DNA of 64,000 nucleotides from an uncultured Chloroflexia bacterium (GTDB taxonomy: Bacteria > Chloroflexota > Limnocylindria > Limnocylindrales > CSP1-4): assembly GCA_963696045.1 (NCBI GenBank), contig CAVOIR010000007.1, forward strand, positions 20,665 to 84,664, in the 5' to 3' direction. A model generated the notes under the pieces. That model saw nothing but the letters and a program-made list of their open reading frames with translations. It had not been told where the DNA came from and searched no databases. Position 1 is the stretch's first letter. The number at the start of each line of letters is the position of its first letter. Below, one piece after another: positions 33,473-42,076 of the stretch. The translations under genes were made by a program, and so were the position numbers.

Positions 33473-33940
33473 TCACCAGGGCTCGCCCTCAGTCGGGTCG
33501 TGATCCTCCGGTCTCGACTCTCGCGGCGCCAATCGGCCTCGAGCCTGCAGCGCAGGGTCCCCGGTGGGTTCGGCCTCGACGTTCCGGGCGCCACGTCGGT
33601 GGGCGCCCTCGATCGTGTCGTCCGCCACCTCCACGAGGATGGCGCGCATGGGTGAGCCATCCGTCCAGGCACCATGGGCGACGCCGGAGGGCCATGCCAC
33701 GGCCTCACCGTGGTGGATGACGCTGCGCTCATCGCCCACCTGGACCCAGCCGCCGCCGCTCACGACGACGAAGAGGCCCAGGTCAGGGCTGGCCTGGGGA
33801 GGCATCAGGGCCCGCGGGGCGAAGGCGAGCTCGGTGACACGTGCCCCCGGAACGCTCCATATGGGCTGGTCGGCGAGGCCGCTGGAACCGGCCGGCGGCT
33901 CGCGTCTGCGGAAGCCCGGGCCGAACCGCAGGATCTCCAC
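33473..33940 (-). CDS. cupin-domain protein
   Basis: LGLFVVVSGGGWVQVGDERSVIHHGEAVAWPSGVAHGAWTDGSPMRAILVEV: a typical two-motif cupin barrel. Confidence 0.65.
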   Translation of the reverse strand: MEILRFGPGFRRREPPAGSSGLADQPIWSVPGARVTELAFAPRALMPPQASPDLGLFVVVSGGGWVQVGDERSVIHHGEAVAWPSGVAHGAWTDGSPMRAILVEVADDTIEGAHRRGARNVEAEPTGDPALQARGRLAPRESRPEDHDPTEGEPW

Positions 33941-33958
33941 TTGGGGGTCAGCGGCGGT

Positions 33959-34429
33959 TCAGCGTCGCTTCTTCGTGCTCGTCCGCGCCGCCCCCCGGGG
34001 CCGAGCCTTGGCGCGGGTGCGGTTGCGGATCGTGGAATCGGGGTCGCGGAAACGCTTCTGGCTCATGGAGCGCTCGCGACGCAGCGCGTTGTTGTAGGAG
34101 CGGATGAGGGGCGGGAAGCGGAAGAAGCGGATCCAGATGAACGTGCCCAGCCCGACGATGACCGTGCCCAGTACGAAGATGAAGTAGAACTTGAAGACAG
34201 CGTAGACGAGCAGCAGCCCGAAGACGGCGAGACCTGTCCAGAGCAGCCACTCCTGGAGCGTCACGAGCGGAGGGTGATGGTGCAGGCGGCGCGTCTGGAC
34301 GTTGTAGAGCACCACCGCCCCGATGAGCAGGACGAGGGCCGCCACGCTCACCGGATAGAACAGGTCGGGGAAGTTCTGGGGGCTGAATCCGCCGTCGAGG
34401 AAGAGCGAATCGAGGAAGGGCTGGTTCAC
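33959..34429 (-). CDS. hypothetical membrane protein (3 TM) with a strongly basic C-terminal tail
   Basis: 156 aa with noticeably lower GC. VSVAALVLLIGAVVLY, WLLWTGLAVFGLLLVYAVF, IFVLGTVIVGLGTFIWI, then RNRTRAKARPRGAARTSTKKRR. Confidence 0.6.
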   Translation of the reverse strand: MNQPFLDSLFLDGGFSPQNFPDLFYPVSVAALVLLIGAVVLYNVQTRRLHHHPPLVTLQEWLLWTGLAVFGLLLVYAVFKFYFIFVLGTVIVGLGTFIWIRFFRFPPLIRSYNNALRRERSMSQKRFRDPDSTIRNRTRAKARPRGAARTSTKKRR

Positions 34430-34545
34430 GGCGCGAGCCTAGCAGACCGGACCCCGCGGTCGGGAGACGCCACGAGCGTTGATATACTCGGAGCTCCCCG
34501 CCCCGGCGTCGGCGCCGGCGGGCCCACGAGGGAGGAGAGGACCGA

Positions 34546-36102
34546 GTGCGTGCCCTGCTCTCGGTCGCGGATGGCGGCGGGATCGACATCGCGGCCATCG
34601 CCCGCGCGCTGCAGGATCTCGGCGTGGAGGTCATCGCCAGCGAGGTCACACGAACACAGCTGGGGAGCGCCGGCATCGAGACCGGGGCCATCGTCGGGTC
34701 GGACCGGCCAGGAAGTCGCGATCGGCGACTCGCTCGAGACGTATCGCCCGTCGGTCTACGCCGGCATCCTCGCCCGTCGGCACGTCCCGGACGACCTGAG
34801 CGCGCTGGCAGACCAGCGGCTACGGCGCCATCGACATCGTCGTCGTCGGCCTGCGGCGCCTTCGTGCCGCAGGTCGGCGATCGCATCGCGGCCATCGACG
34901 AGGCGGTCGAGATGATCGACGTCGCGGGACTCTCGCTCCTGGGCGCGGCGGCCCGCAACTTCGGAGGCGTCGCGGTCGTCTGTGACCCGGCCGATCAGGG
35001 ACCCCTGCTCGACGAGCTGCGCGACACGGGGCGTGTCTCGGCCGAGACGCGTCGGCGCCTGGCCGCCCGGGCATTCGCGGTCGCGGCGGCCTACCAGGGC
35101 GAGGTGGCCGCGTACCTCGAGCACATCGGGGGCCAACGCTTCCCCGAGCAGCTCAGCATCGTGCTGCGCAAGGAGCGCGATCTTGCCTATGGCGAGAACC
35201 CCCATCAGAGCGCGGCCCTGTACCGGGAGACCGGAGGGCGCGCGCGTTCGCTGGCCGATGCGGAGCAGGCCCAGGGACCCCGGCCCACCTACAACGACCT
35301 CATCGACCTCGATGCCGGCTACCGCATGGCGTCCGACTTCGCCTCCCCGACCTGCGCCATCGTCAAGCAGCGCAACCCCGTGGGCCTGGCCTCCCACGAT
35401 GATCTTCGCGAGGCCTATCGGCGGGCCCTCTCGGGAGACCCGGTGACGGCCTACGGAGCGGTCGTCGCCCTCAATCGAGAGGTGGACGAGGCGCTTGCCC
35501 GTGAGCTCGTCCTGAACCCTTTCGAGGGCGTCGTCGCAGCCGGCGTCAGCGAGGGCGCCCGCGCCATCCTCGCCGAGCGCCCCGAGCTGGCCGTGCTGGA
35601 TGTGCCCTCAGGGCCGTCGAACGGTGCCTCCGAGCACGGCATCGCCGGGCTCGACTTCCATCGCGTGAGCGGCGGCCTCCTCGTGGAGACACGGGACACG
35701 CTGGACATCGACCACGCCCAGCTCAACGTGGTGACCAAACGGCGCCCCACGCTCGAGGAGCTCACCGACATGATGTTCGCGTGGCGAGCCGTCCGCCATA
35801 TCACGAGCCTCGCGGTCGTCGTGGCCAAGGCGGCCACGCTGGTGGGCGTGGGCGCCGGCCAGTCAAGCCGTCTCACCGCCACCGAGATCGCGCTGCATCG
35901 GGCCGCCGATCGGGCCCCCCGCAGCGTCCTGGCGTCCGATGCCTACTTCCCCTTCGGCGATGCCATCGCCCTCGCGGCCGAGCGGGGCGTCACGGCGATC
36001 ATCCAGCCCGGCGGCTCGGTGCGCGACGAGATGGCCATCGAGATCGCCGATCGCCACCACCTGGCCATGGTCTTCACGGGGCGCCGCCACTTCCGGCATT
36101 AG
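34546..36102 (+). CDS. purH: bifunctional AICAR transformylase / IMP cyclohydrolase PurH; at least 3 frame shifts between 34690 and 34870
   Basis: GGGAGGAG RBS, then GTG 34546. The N-terminal MGS-like domain is broken: ALLSVADGGGIDIAAIARALQDLGVEVIAS, then in other frames AIGDSLETYRPSVYAGILARR and YGAIDIVVVGL. From ~34870 it is in frame: MIDVAGLSLLGAAARNFGGVAVVCDPADQ...YGENPHQSAALY...YNDLIDLDA...QPGGSVRDEMAIEIADRHHLAMVFTGRRHFRH. An extended -10-like TGATATACT lies at 34480..34488. Confidence 0.88.
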   Translation: MRALLSVADGGGIDIAAIARALQDLGVEVIASEVTRTQLGSAGIETGAIVGSDRPGSRDRRLARDVSPVGLRRHPRPSARPGRPERAGRPAATAPSTSSSSACGAFVPQVGDRIAAIDEAVEMIDVAGLSLLGAAARNFGGVAVVCDPADQGPLLDELRDTGRVSAETRRRLAARAFAVAAAYQGEVAAYLEHIGGQRFPEQLSIVLRKERDLAYGENPHQSAALYRETGGRARSLADAEQAQGPRPTYNDLIDLDAGYRMASDFASPTCAIVKQRNPVGLASHDDLREAYRRALSGDPVTAYGAVVALNREVDEALARELVLNPFEGVVAAGVSEGARAILAERPELAVLDVPSGPSNGASEHGIAGLDFHRVSGGLLVETRDTLDIDHAQLNVVTKRRPTLEELTDMMFAWRAVRHITSLAVVVAKAATLVGVGAGQSSRLTATEIALHRAADRAPRSVLASDAYFPFGDAIALAAERGVTAIIQPGGSVRDEMAIEIADRHHLAMVFTGRRHFRH

Positions 36103-36716
36103 CCGTCGGGGTCCACCCATGCCCCGAGCTCGGGGCGCCAGTCCGCGACGCGCCACACTGCCTCAGGTCCTTCCCGCGCCAGGGCACGATCGCGCGCCCC
36201 TGCCACCGTCGTGTTCCAGCCTGGCGGCAGGAGGTCGGCAGCCAGCTCGGCCAGGGGCGCCAGGACGAAGAGCCGCTCGCCAGCAGCCGGATGCGGGACC
36301 TCCAGCCACTGGACGCCCGCGCGAGCCGCGTCGCTGCTCCCTGCGGCTGCCGTGCGCACGATGCGGATGCGGTGCTGACCGAAGAGCAGCAGGTCCAGGT
36401 CGATCTCCCGGGGACCCCATCTCTCACCCGGTCGGCGCCCCAGGGCCCGTTCGATCGACTTCAGGGACTCGAGCAGCGTCATGGCGGCCGTCTCCGCGTC
36501 GGGCTCGGCGACCACGCGAAGCCGCACGACGGCGTTCATGAAGTCGGGCTGCTCGACAGGACCCACGGGCCGGGTGCGATAAAGGGGTGAGACGCGGCTG
36601 ACCTGGGCCCCCGGCAGCGTGCCCAGGGCGGCGACGGCCTTCTCGAGGGCACGGCGAGCCTGGCCGACGTTGGCACCGAGGCCCACGTAGGCGTCCGCGA
36701 TGCCGTTCACCGGCAC
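36099..36716 (-). CDS. folK: 2-amino-4-hydroxy-6-hydroxymethyldihydropteridine diphosphokinase (HPPK)
   Basis: AYVGLGANVGQARRALEKAVAAL...VSPLYRTRPVGPVEQPDFMNAVV...LLESLKSIERALGRRPGERWGPREIDLDLLLFG...VPHPAAGERLFVLAPLAEL. Confidence 0.88.
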   Translation of the reverse strand: MPVNGIADAYVGLGANVGQARRALEKAVAALGTLPGAQVSRVSPLYRTRPVGPVEQPDFMNAVVRLRVVAEPDAETAAMTLLESLKSIERALGRRPGERWGPREIDLDLLLFGQHRIRIVRTAAAGSSDAARAGVQWLEVPHPAAGERLFVLAPLAELAADLLPPGWNTTVAGARDRALAREGPEAVWRVADWRPELGAWVDPDG

Positions 36717-36871
36717 ATCATGACCCTCGCGGACGACGTCCGGCCGTCCCGCTCACGAAGCTGCCGCCGGGACTCGCTGGGGTACACTCGACTCGCGCTC
36801 AGCTTCCTCCCGTGGCGCGGGCTGCGGGCTGGCAGCGAAGGCCCGACCCTCGAGCTCGAAGAGGAACCGCA

Positions 36872-37231
36872 GTGACCGCTCCGCTCTGGTACGTGCTCGG
36901 CTTCGCGATCGCGGGTGTCACCTTCGTCTTCCTCACCATCGGCCTGTCGTGGCTCATCACCCACCGCCACCGCGGCGACCGGCACAAGGGCCTGCCCTAT
37001 GAGTCGGGCATCGATACCTACGGCGACACGCGAGGGCGCTTCGGCCTCTCGTTCTACCTCTATGCGCTGCTGTTCGTGGCCTTCGACATCGAGGTCGTCT
37101 TCATCGCGCTGTGGGCGCTCGTCTTCCAGGACGTCCTGCTGGGCGGATTCGCAGGCATGCTCCTGTTCGTGGCCATCATGGAGCTGTCGGTGCTCTATGC
37201 CGCACGCAAGGGCCTCCTGACGTGGAAGTGA
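36872..37231 (+). CDS. nuoA: NADH-quinone oxidoreductase subunit A
   Basis: GTG 36872 within ORF 36812..37231. YESGIDTYGDTRGRFGLSFYLYALLFVAFDIEVVFIALWA. Confidence 0.88.
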   Translation: MTAPLWYVLGFAIAGVTFVFLTIGLSWLITHRHRGDRHKGLPYESGIDTYGDTRGRFGLSFYLYALLFVAFDIEVVFIALWALVFQDVLLGGFAGMLLFVAIMELSVLYAARKGLLTWK

Positions 37232-37238
37232 GGCACCC

Positions 37239-37958
37239 GTGAGCACCGAGAGCGGAGCCCGACGGACGCGCCGGGAGACACGGGAGGCTGCCGCAGCCGT
37301 CCCTGTCGTGACCGGCGGCGGCGTGGCCGTTCGCGAGACCATCCTGGTGCCCAACACGACCTGGACGCCCGCTGACCCCGGGGCCTACGGCGGCCAGCCC
37401 GCGAGCATCGACCACCTCAAGGAGCTCGAGCTCGGCGACAAGTCCGACAACGCCCGCTGGGGAGCCCTCGACGTGGTGCCCACCACGGCCGACCTCATCC
37501 TCGACTACATCCGCGCCAACAGCCTGTGGCCGCTCCTGTCGGGCCTGGCCTGCTGTGCCATGGAGATGATGTCGGCGGCCACGAGCGTCAACGACATGGA
37601 CCGCTTCAACATGTTCCCCTTCCGGGCCAGCCCTCGGCAGGCCGACGTGCTCATCGTGGCGGGCACGCTGACGACGAAGATGGCCGGGCCGCTCATCCGC
37701 CTCTGGGAGCAGATGCCGGAGCCGAAGTGGTGCGTGGCGATGGGTGACTGCACCTGTTCGGGCGGTCGCTACAAGCGCTCCTACGCCACCGTCGAGGGCA
37801 TCGACCGGATCATGCCCGTGGACGTCTACGTGCCCGGCTGCCCGCCGCGCCCTGAGGGCCTCATCTACGGCATGCTCAAGCTCCAGCAGCTCATCCTGGA
37901 GCGCCGAGGCAGCTGGCCGGAGCGCCGGGTCGGGCCGAGCGTGCCGGCCGGGGTGTAG
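37239..37958 (+). CDS. nuoB: NADH-quinone oxidoreductase subunit B (with a ~75-aa N-terminal extension)
   Basis: SLWPLLSGLACCAMEMM, RFNMFPFRASPRQADVLIVAGTLTTKMA, WCVAMGDCTCSGG, VDVYVPGCPPRPE (N2 cluster ligands). Confidence 0.92.
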   Translation: MSTESGARRTRRETREAAAAVPVVTGGGVAVRETILVPNTTWTPADPGAYGGQPASIDHLKELELGDKSDNARWGALDVVPTTADLILDYIRANSLWPLLSGLACCAMEMMSAATSVNDMDRFNMFPFRASPRQADVLIVAGTLTTKMAGPLIRLWEQMPEPKWCVAMGDCTCSGGRYKRSYATVEGIDRIMPVDVYVPGCPPRPEGLIYGMLKLQQLILERRGSWPERRVGPSVPAGV

Positions 37959-38047
37959 CCAGGCCCAGCGCAACGCGACACAGGAGTCACGAGACGGACA
38001 GCCCACCGCTCCGCCGCATCGAAGAGCGCCTCGGCTCGCATCTGCTG

Positions 38048-39841
38048 GTGCCCGCCGCGCTGCGCGCCGACAGCCTTGAGCTCATCGTCGCGGCGGGTTC
38101 TGTCCCGCTCGTGCTGCGCACCCTGCGCGAGGACGCCGAGCTGCGCTACGAGATCCTCGCGGACATCTGCGGCGTGGACACGGGCGTCACGATGCAGGTC
38201 GTCTACCACCTCTGGTCTCCGCTCACCTCGCGATGGCTGCGGGTCATCGCCGACGGTCTCTCGCGAGACGATCCGCGGGTGCCCTCGATCACCTTCCTGT
38301 GGCCCGGTGCCGAGTGGGGTGAGCGAGAGGCCTACGACATGTTCGGCATCGTGTTCGAGGGCAACCGCGACCTGCGACGCATCTACATGCCGCCCGACTA
38401 CCTGGCCTTCCCGCTGCGCAAGGATTTCGCCCTGGCGGACGATTCGTCCCGCGCTCCCGGCGAGGGCATCCGCCACATGGAGCTGCCCCATCGACCGGCC
38501 GAGGTCCGGGCCGTCCCGGTCATCCGGACGAGCCCGGGCGCGGGAGCGGTCATCGGCCCGGACGGTGCGCGCCTCCAGGCGGTCCGGCGGGGCCGACCGG
38601 CGGGGAGCCGCGGGTGCATGACCGAGCCGCAGTCCCGCATCCGCTCGCTCGACGACCCTGACATCCTGGTCCAGACCCCGGCCACCATCTACGACGCCAT
38701 CCCGCCGCTGACGCCGCGGACGGAACGCGAGGCCGAGTTCTACACGCTCGGCGACGGCGAGATGTTCGTGAACCTGGGACCGCAGCATCCGTCCACGCAC
38801 GGCGTCCTGCGCGTCGTGCTCAAGATCGACGGCGAGCGCATCGTCGATCTCGACCCCGTGCTGGGCTACCTGCATCGCGGCGTGGAGAAGATCTGCGAGA
38901 ACGGCGACTGGCACCACGCCATCAGCAACTGCGACCCCCTCGAGTACGTGGCCTCGATGTTCAGCGAGGCCCTGCCGGTGCTCTCGGCGGAGCAGCTCCT
39001 GGGCCTCGAGGTGCCGAGCCGCGCCGAGCACATCCGTGTCCTCGCCTGGGAGCTCAATCGCATCTCCAGCCACGCCCTCTTCATCGGCTGGCTGGCCCTC
39101 GACCTGGGCGGCCTGACGCCCATCCTCTACGGCTTCATCGAGCGCGACGAGATCGTCGAGATGCTGGCCGCCCTGACGGGCCAGAAGCTGCTCTTCAACT
39201 ACCTGCGCATCGGCGGCGTGAACGGCGACCTCAACCACGAGTTCCTGAGCCGGCTCGGGGACTGGATGGGCCGCGCCGGCAAGCACATCGACGAGCAGGC
39301 CGCGCTCATGAACGAGAGCGAGATCTTCGTCAACCGGACCAAGGGCCTGGGGCGCATCGACCGCGAGACGGCCCTGCGGATGTGCATGTCAGGGCCTCCG
39401 CTGCGGGCCTCGGGCGTGCCCTATGACGTGCGGCGCGCTCACCCCTACAGCGTCTACCCGGAGCTCGAGTTCGACATCCCGACGCGCACCGATGGCGACA
39501 GCTACGCGCGCTACCTGCTGCACATCGAGGAGATCAAGCAGTCGCTGCGCATCATCGACCAGGTCCTCCATCGGATGCCCGACGGTCCGGTCATGGCCAA
39601 GCTGCCGCGCCTCCTGCGGATCCCGCCCGGGCGGGCCTTCGTGGCCCTGGAGAGCCCGCGTGGCCAGTACGCGGCCTACGCCATCAGCGACGGCTCCGAC
39701 CAGCCCTTCCGGTTCCGCATCCACGACCCCTCGTACTTCAACCTGCAGGCCGTCGGACTGCTCACGCCGGGACACCTGGTGGCTGACATCATGGCCATCA
39801 TGGCCAGCCTCGACCCCATCATGGGTGGCATCGACAAGTGA
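38048..39841 (+). CDS. nuoD: NADH-quinone oxidoreductase subunits C and D in one reading frame as sequenced (NuoC ~38048..38450; NuoD from ATG 38618)
   Basis: NuoC: LRTLREDAELRYEILADICGVD...WPGAEWGEREAYDMFGIVFEGNRDLRRIYMPPDYLAFPLRKDF. NuoD: FVNLGPQHPSTHGVLRVVLKIDGE...LGYLHRGVEKICE...PRGQYAAYAISDG...HDPSYFNLQA. The NuoC N-terminus (LRRIEERLGSHLL) continues upstream of GTG 38048 without a start codon, so the true start is probably ~37990 across an indel. Confidence 0.85.
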   Translation: MPAALRADSLELIVAAGSVPLVLRTLREDAELRYEILADICGVDTGVTMQVVYHLWSPLTSRWLRVIADGLSRDDPRVPSITFLWPGAEWGEREAYDMFGIVFEGNRDLRRIYMPPDYLAFPLRKDFALADDSSRAPGEGIRHMELPHRPAEVRAVPVIRTSPGAGAVIGPDGARLQAVRRGRPAGSRGCMTEPQSRIRSLDDPDILVQTPATIYDAIPPLTPRTEREAEFYTLGDGEMFVNLGPQHPSTHGVLRVVLKIDGERIVDLDPVLGYLHRGVEKICENGDWHHAISNCDPLEYVASMFSEALPVLSAEQLLGLEVPSRAEHIRVLAWELNRISSHALFIGWLALDLGGLTPILYGFIERDEIVEMLAALTGQKLLFNYLRIGGVNGDLNHEFLSRLGDWMGRAGKHIDEQAALMNESEIFVNRTKGLGRIDRETALRMCMSGPPLRASGVPYDVRRAHPYSVYPELEFDIPTRTDGDSYARYLLHIEEIKQSLRIIDQVLHRMPDGPVMAKLPRLLRIPPGRAFVALESPRGQYAAYAISDGSDQPFRFRIHDPSYFNLQAVGLLTPGHLVADIMAIMASLDPIMGGIDK

Positions 39842-39886
39842 GCAGCTTCTCGCGATCCCTGGCGGCGGCTCACGCCGGCGGGCAAG

Positions 39887-41227
39887 GTGGTGCTGCCCCT
39901 CGTGGCCATCCTGGTGCTGGGCATCGTGGCCTTCACCGTGCTCTGGGTGGTCGGCGTCGGACCGCGCATCTACGACCTGGCTGTCGACACCGCGGAGGCC
40001 AACATCGGCATCCTCCGCTTCGTCGCGGCGGCCACGGGCATCCTCCTCTTCACCGTCCCGGCGGCCTTCGTCATCATCTTCATGGAGCTCAAGATCATCG
40101 CCTTCATGAACCTGCGCCTGGGGCCCAACCGCATCGGCCCGTGGGGCACCCTGAGCTCCACGATCCACGGGCTCAAGGTGCTGGCCAAGGAGGACTTCAC
40201 CCCGAGCGGCGTGGACGTGCCGGTCTTCACGCTGGCGCCGGCGGTGGTCTACCTGGCGGCGGTCCTGACGCTGCTCGTCATCCCCTTCGCGCCCGGCATG
40301 GTCGGCTCCGAGATGGAGCTCGGCCTCCTCTACTTCTTCGCCATCGGGGGCCTGAGCGTCATCGGCCTGATGATGGCCGGCTGGTCGAGCTTCAACAAGT
40401 ACTCGCTCCTGGGCGGCCTGCGCGCCGCGGCGGCGATCGTCAGCTACGAGCTGCCGCTCATCCTCGGCGTCATGGGCATCGTGCTGCTGGCCGGTACCCT
40501 CAACCTGGGGACGATCGTGGAGAATCAGTCGGGCTCCATCCTCGACTGGTACGCCTTCCAGCAGCCGCTCGGCCTCATCATCTTCTTCATCGCCGCCACC
40601 GCCGAGGCCTCGCGGACGCCCTTCGACTTCACCGAGGCTGACTCCGAGATCGTGGCCGGCTTCGCCACCGAGTACAGCGGCATGCGCTTCGGCTTCTTCT
40701 TCTTCGCCGAGTACGTCAACGTCTTCATCCTGTCGGCGCTGACCGTGACGCTGTTCCTGGGCGGCTGGAATGGCCTCTTCGACATCGACCCGCTGCTCGA
40801 CGCGGTGGGCATCGCCACGCCGGTCTCCACGGCGCTCGACATCGGCTCGCTGGGCCCCTGGCTGATCGCCATCCCGCTGCTCGTGCCGCCGGTCCTCGTG
40901 CTCGCCCTCGCCGGCCTGCTGTGGATGCTGAGGTCGTCGTGGGGGGTCCTGAAGTCCCTGCTCATCGGGTTCGTCCTGGCCAACCTGCTGGTGGCGGGTG
41001 CGGTGACGATCTGGGCGCTCTTCAGCTTCGAGGCGCTCATGGGGATCGTCTGGTTCCTGCTCAAGTCGTTCGTGCTGGTAGCCCTCTTCGTGCTCATGCG
41101 GGCGACCTTCCCGCGCGTGCGCATGGACCAGCTCATGGGCTTCGCCTGGAAGTGGATGATGCCGGCCGCGCTCGTGAACATCTTCGTCACCGCGGCCGCC
41201 ATCCTCATCGTCATGGAGCTGGCCTGA
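39887..41227 (+). CDS. nuoH: NADH-quinone oxidoreductase subunit H
   Basis: FMELKIIAFMNLRLGPNRIGPWGTLSSTIHGLKVLAKEDF, GWSSFNKYSLLGGLRAAAAIVSYELP, AEASRTPFDFTEADSEIVAGFATEYSGMRFGFFFFAEY. A GTG at 39838 overlaps the nuoD stop (GTGA), so the real start may be there across an indel. Confidence 0.9.
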   Translation: MVLPLVAILVLGIVAFTVLWVVGVGPRIYDLAVDTAEANIGILRFVAAATGILLFTVPAAFVIIFMELKIIAFMNLRLGPNRIGPWGTLSSTIHGLKVLAKEDFTPSGVDVPVFTLAPAVVYLAAVLTLLVIPFAPGMVGSEMELGLLYFFAIGGLSVIGLMMAGWSSFNKYSLLGGLRAAAAIVSYELPLILGVMGIVLLAGTLNLGTIVENQSGSILDWYAFQQPLGLIIFFIAATAEASRTPFDFTEADSEIVAGFATEYSGMRFGFFFFAEYVNVFILSALTVTLFLGGWNGLFDIDPLLDAVGIATPVSTALDIGSLGPWLIAIPLLVPPVLVLALAGLLWMLRSSWGVLKSLLIGFVLANLLVAGAVTIWALFSFEALMGIVWFLLKSFVLVALFVLMRATFPRVRMDQLMGFAWKWMMPAALVNIFVTAAAILIVMELA

Positions 41228-42066
41228 TGCGCACCGATCGCGTGCCGGGCCTGGCCATCGTGAAGGGCGTCTGGTTCGCCTTCCGCCAGGTCCTGCGGCC
41301 CAAGGTCACGGTGCAGTACCCGGAGGTCCGCAACGACATCTCGCCGCGCCACCGTGGCCGCCTCATCCTCCTCTACGACGAAGCGGGCACGCTCAAGTGC
41401 GAGACCTGCTTCCAGTGCGCGGCTGCCTGTCCCATCGAGTGCATCGACATGGGCGGCGTGGACACGCGTGATCGCTACCACGTCCATTGGGGCCCGGCCG
41501 AGCAGTACGCCGAGCGGCGCGAGGAGAGCGCCCTGCGCCGCTCCGGACGTCCCGTCCCGGACCGCAGCTACGATGCCTTCGAGCCCATCGACCTGGCGCC
41601 GCTCGATGCCATCCTGGCCGCCGAGGGCCATCAGCCGCGCCGCTCGGTGGCCATCCTCGAGCGGACACAGGAAGCCTACGGCCACCTGCCCGTGGCGGCG
41701 CTCCAGCACATCGCCCATCAGACGGGTGCCTGGTACAGCGAGCTGTACGGCATCGCCACCTCGTATCCACACCTGCGCTTCGAGCCGCCGACGAGCCACG
41801 TGGTGCGGGTCTGCCGCTGCACCGGGTGCACGCTGGCGGGCGGCGGGCGGATCCTCGCTGCCTTCCGCGAGCATCTCGGCACCGACGTCGGCGGCGTCAG
41901 CCCCGATGGCGCCGTGCGCCTCGGAACGACCGATTGCCACGGCTCCTCTCCGGGGGTCGCCAGGGTCGAGGTCGACGGAGAGATCCTGCCCCGCTCGAGC
42001 CCCGAGGATGCGGCCACCATCGCCGCGGCGCTGCGCGCGCACGTGCCCCAGGGCCGGGCGGCCTGA
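41227..42066 (+). CDS. fusion of the NuoI N-terminal half (one 4Fe-4S motif) to a NuoE/HydC-like 2Fe-2S thioredoxin-fold domain
   Basis: The ATG overlaps the nuoH TGA (TGATG). NuoI part: AFRQVLRPKVTVQYPEVRNDISPRHRGRLILLYDEAGTLKCETCFQCAAACPIECIDMGG...DRYHVHW. It continues in the same frame with no stop into the NuoE part: LDAILAAEGHQPRRSVAILERTQEAYGHLPVAALQHIAHQTGAWYSELYGIATSYPHLRF...HVVRVCRCTGCTLAGG...DGAVRLGTTDCHG. There is no second CxxCxxCxxxCP motif. Confidence 0.8.
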   Translation: MRTDRVPGLAIVKGVWFAFRQVLRPKVTVQYPEVRNDISPRHRGRLILLYDEAGTLKCETCFQCAAACPIECIDMGGVDTRDRYHVHWGPAEQYAERREESALRRSGRPVPDRSYDAFEPIDLAPLDAILAAEGHQPRRSVAILERTQEAYGHLPVAALQHIAHQTGAWYSELYGIATSYPHLRFEPPTSHVVRVCRCTGCTLAGGGRILAAFREHLGTDVGGVSPDGAVRLGTTDCHGSSPGVARVEVDGEILPRSSPEDAATIAAALRAHVPQGRAA

Positions 42067-42076
42067 GGGTGAGACC

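Noticed and set aside
36717-36871. A promoter for the nuo operon (TACACT at 36782..36787).
   Set aside because: Only a -10-like hexamer is present, with no acceptable -35 element. This is too weak to annotate.
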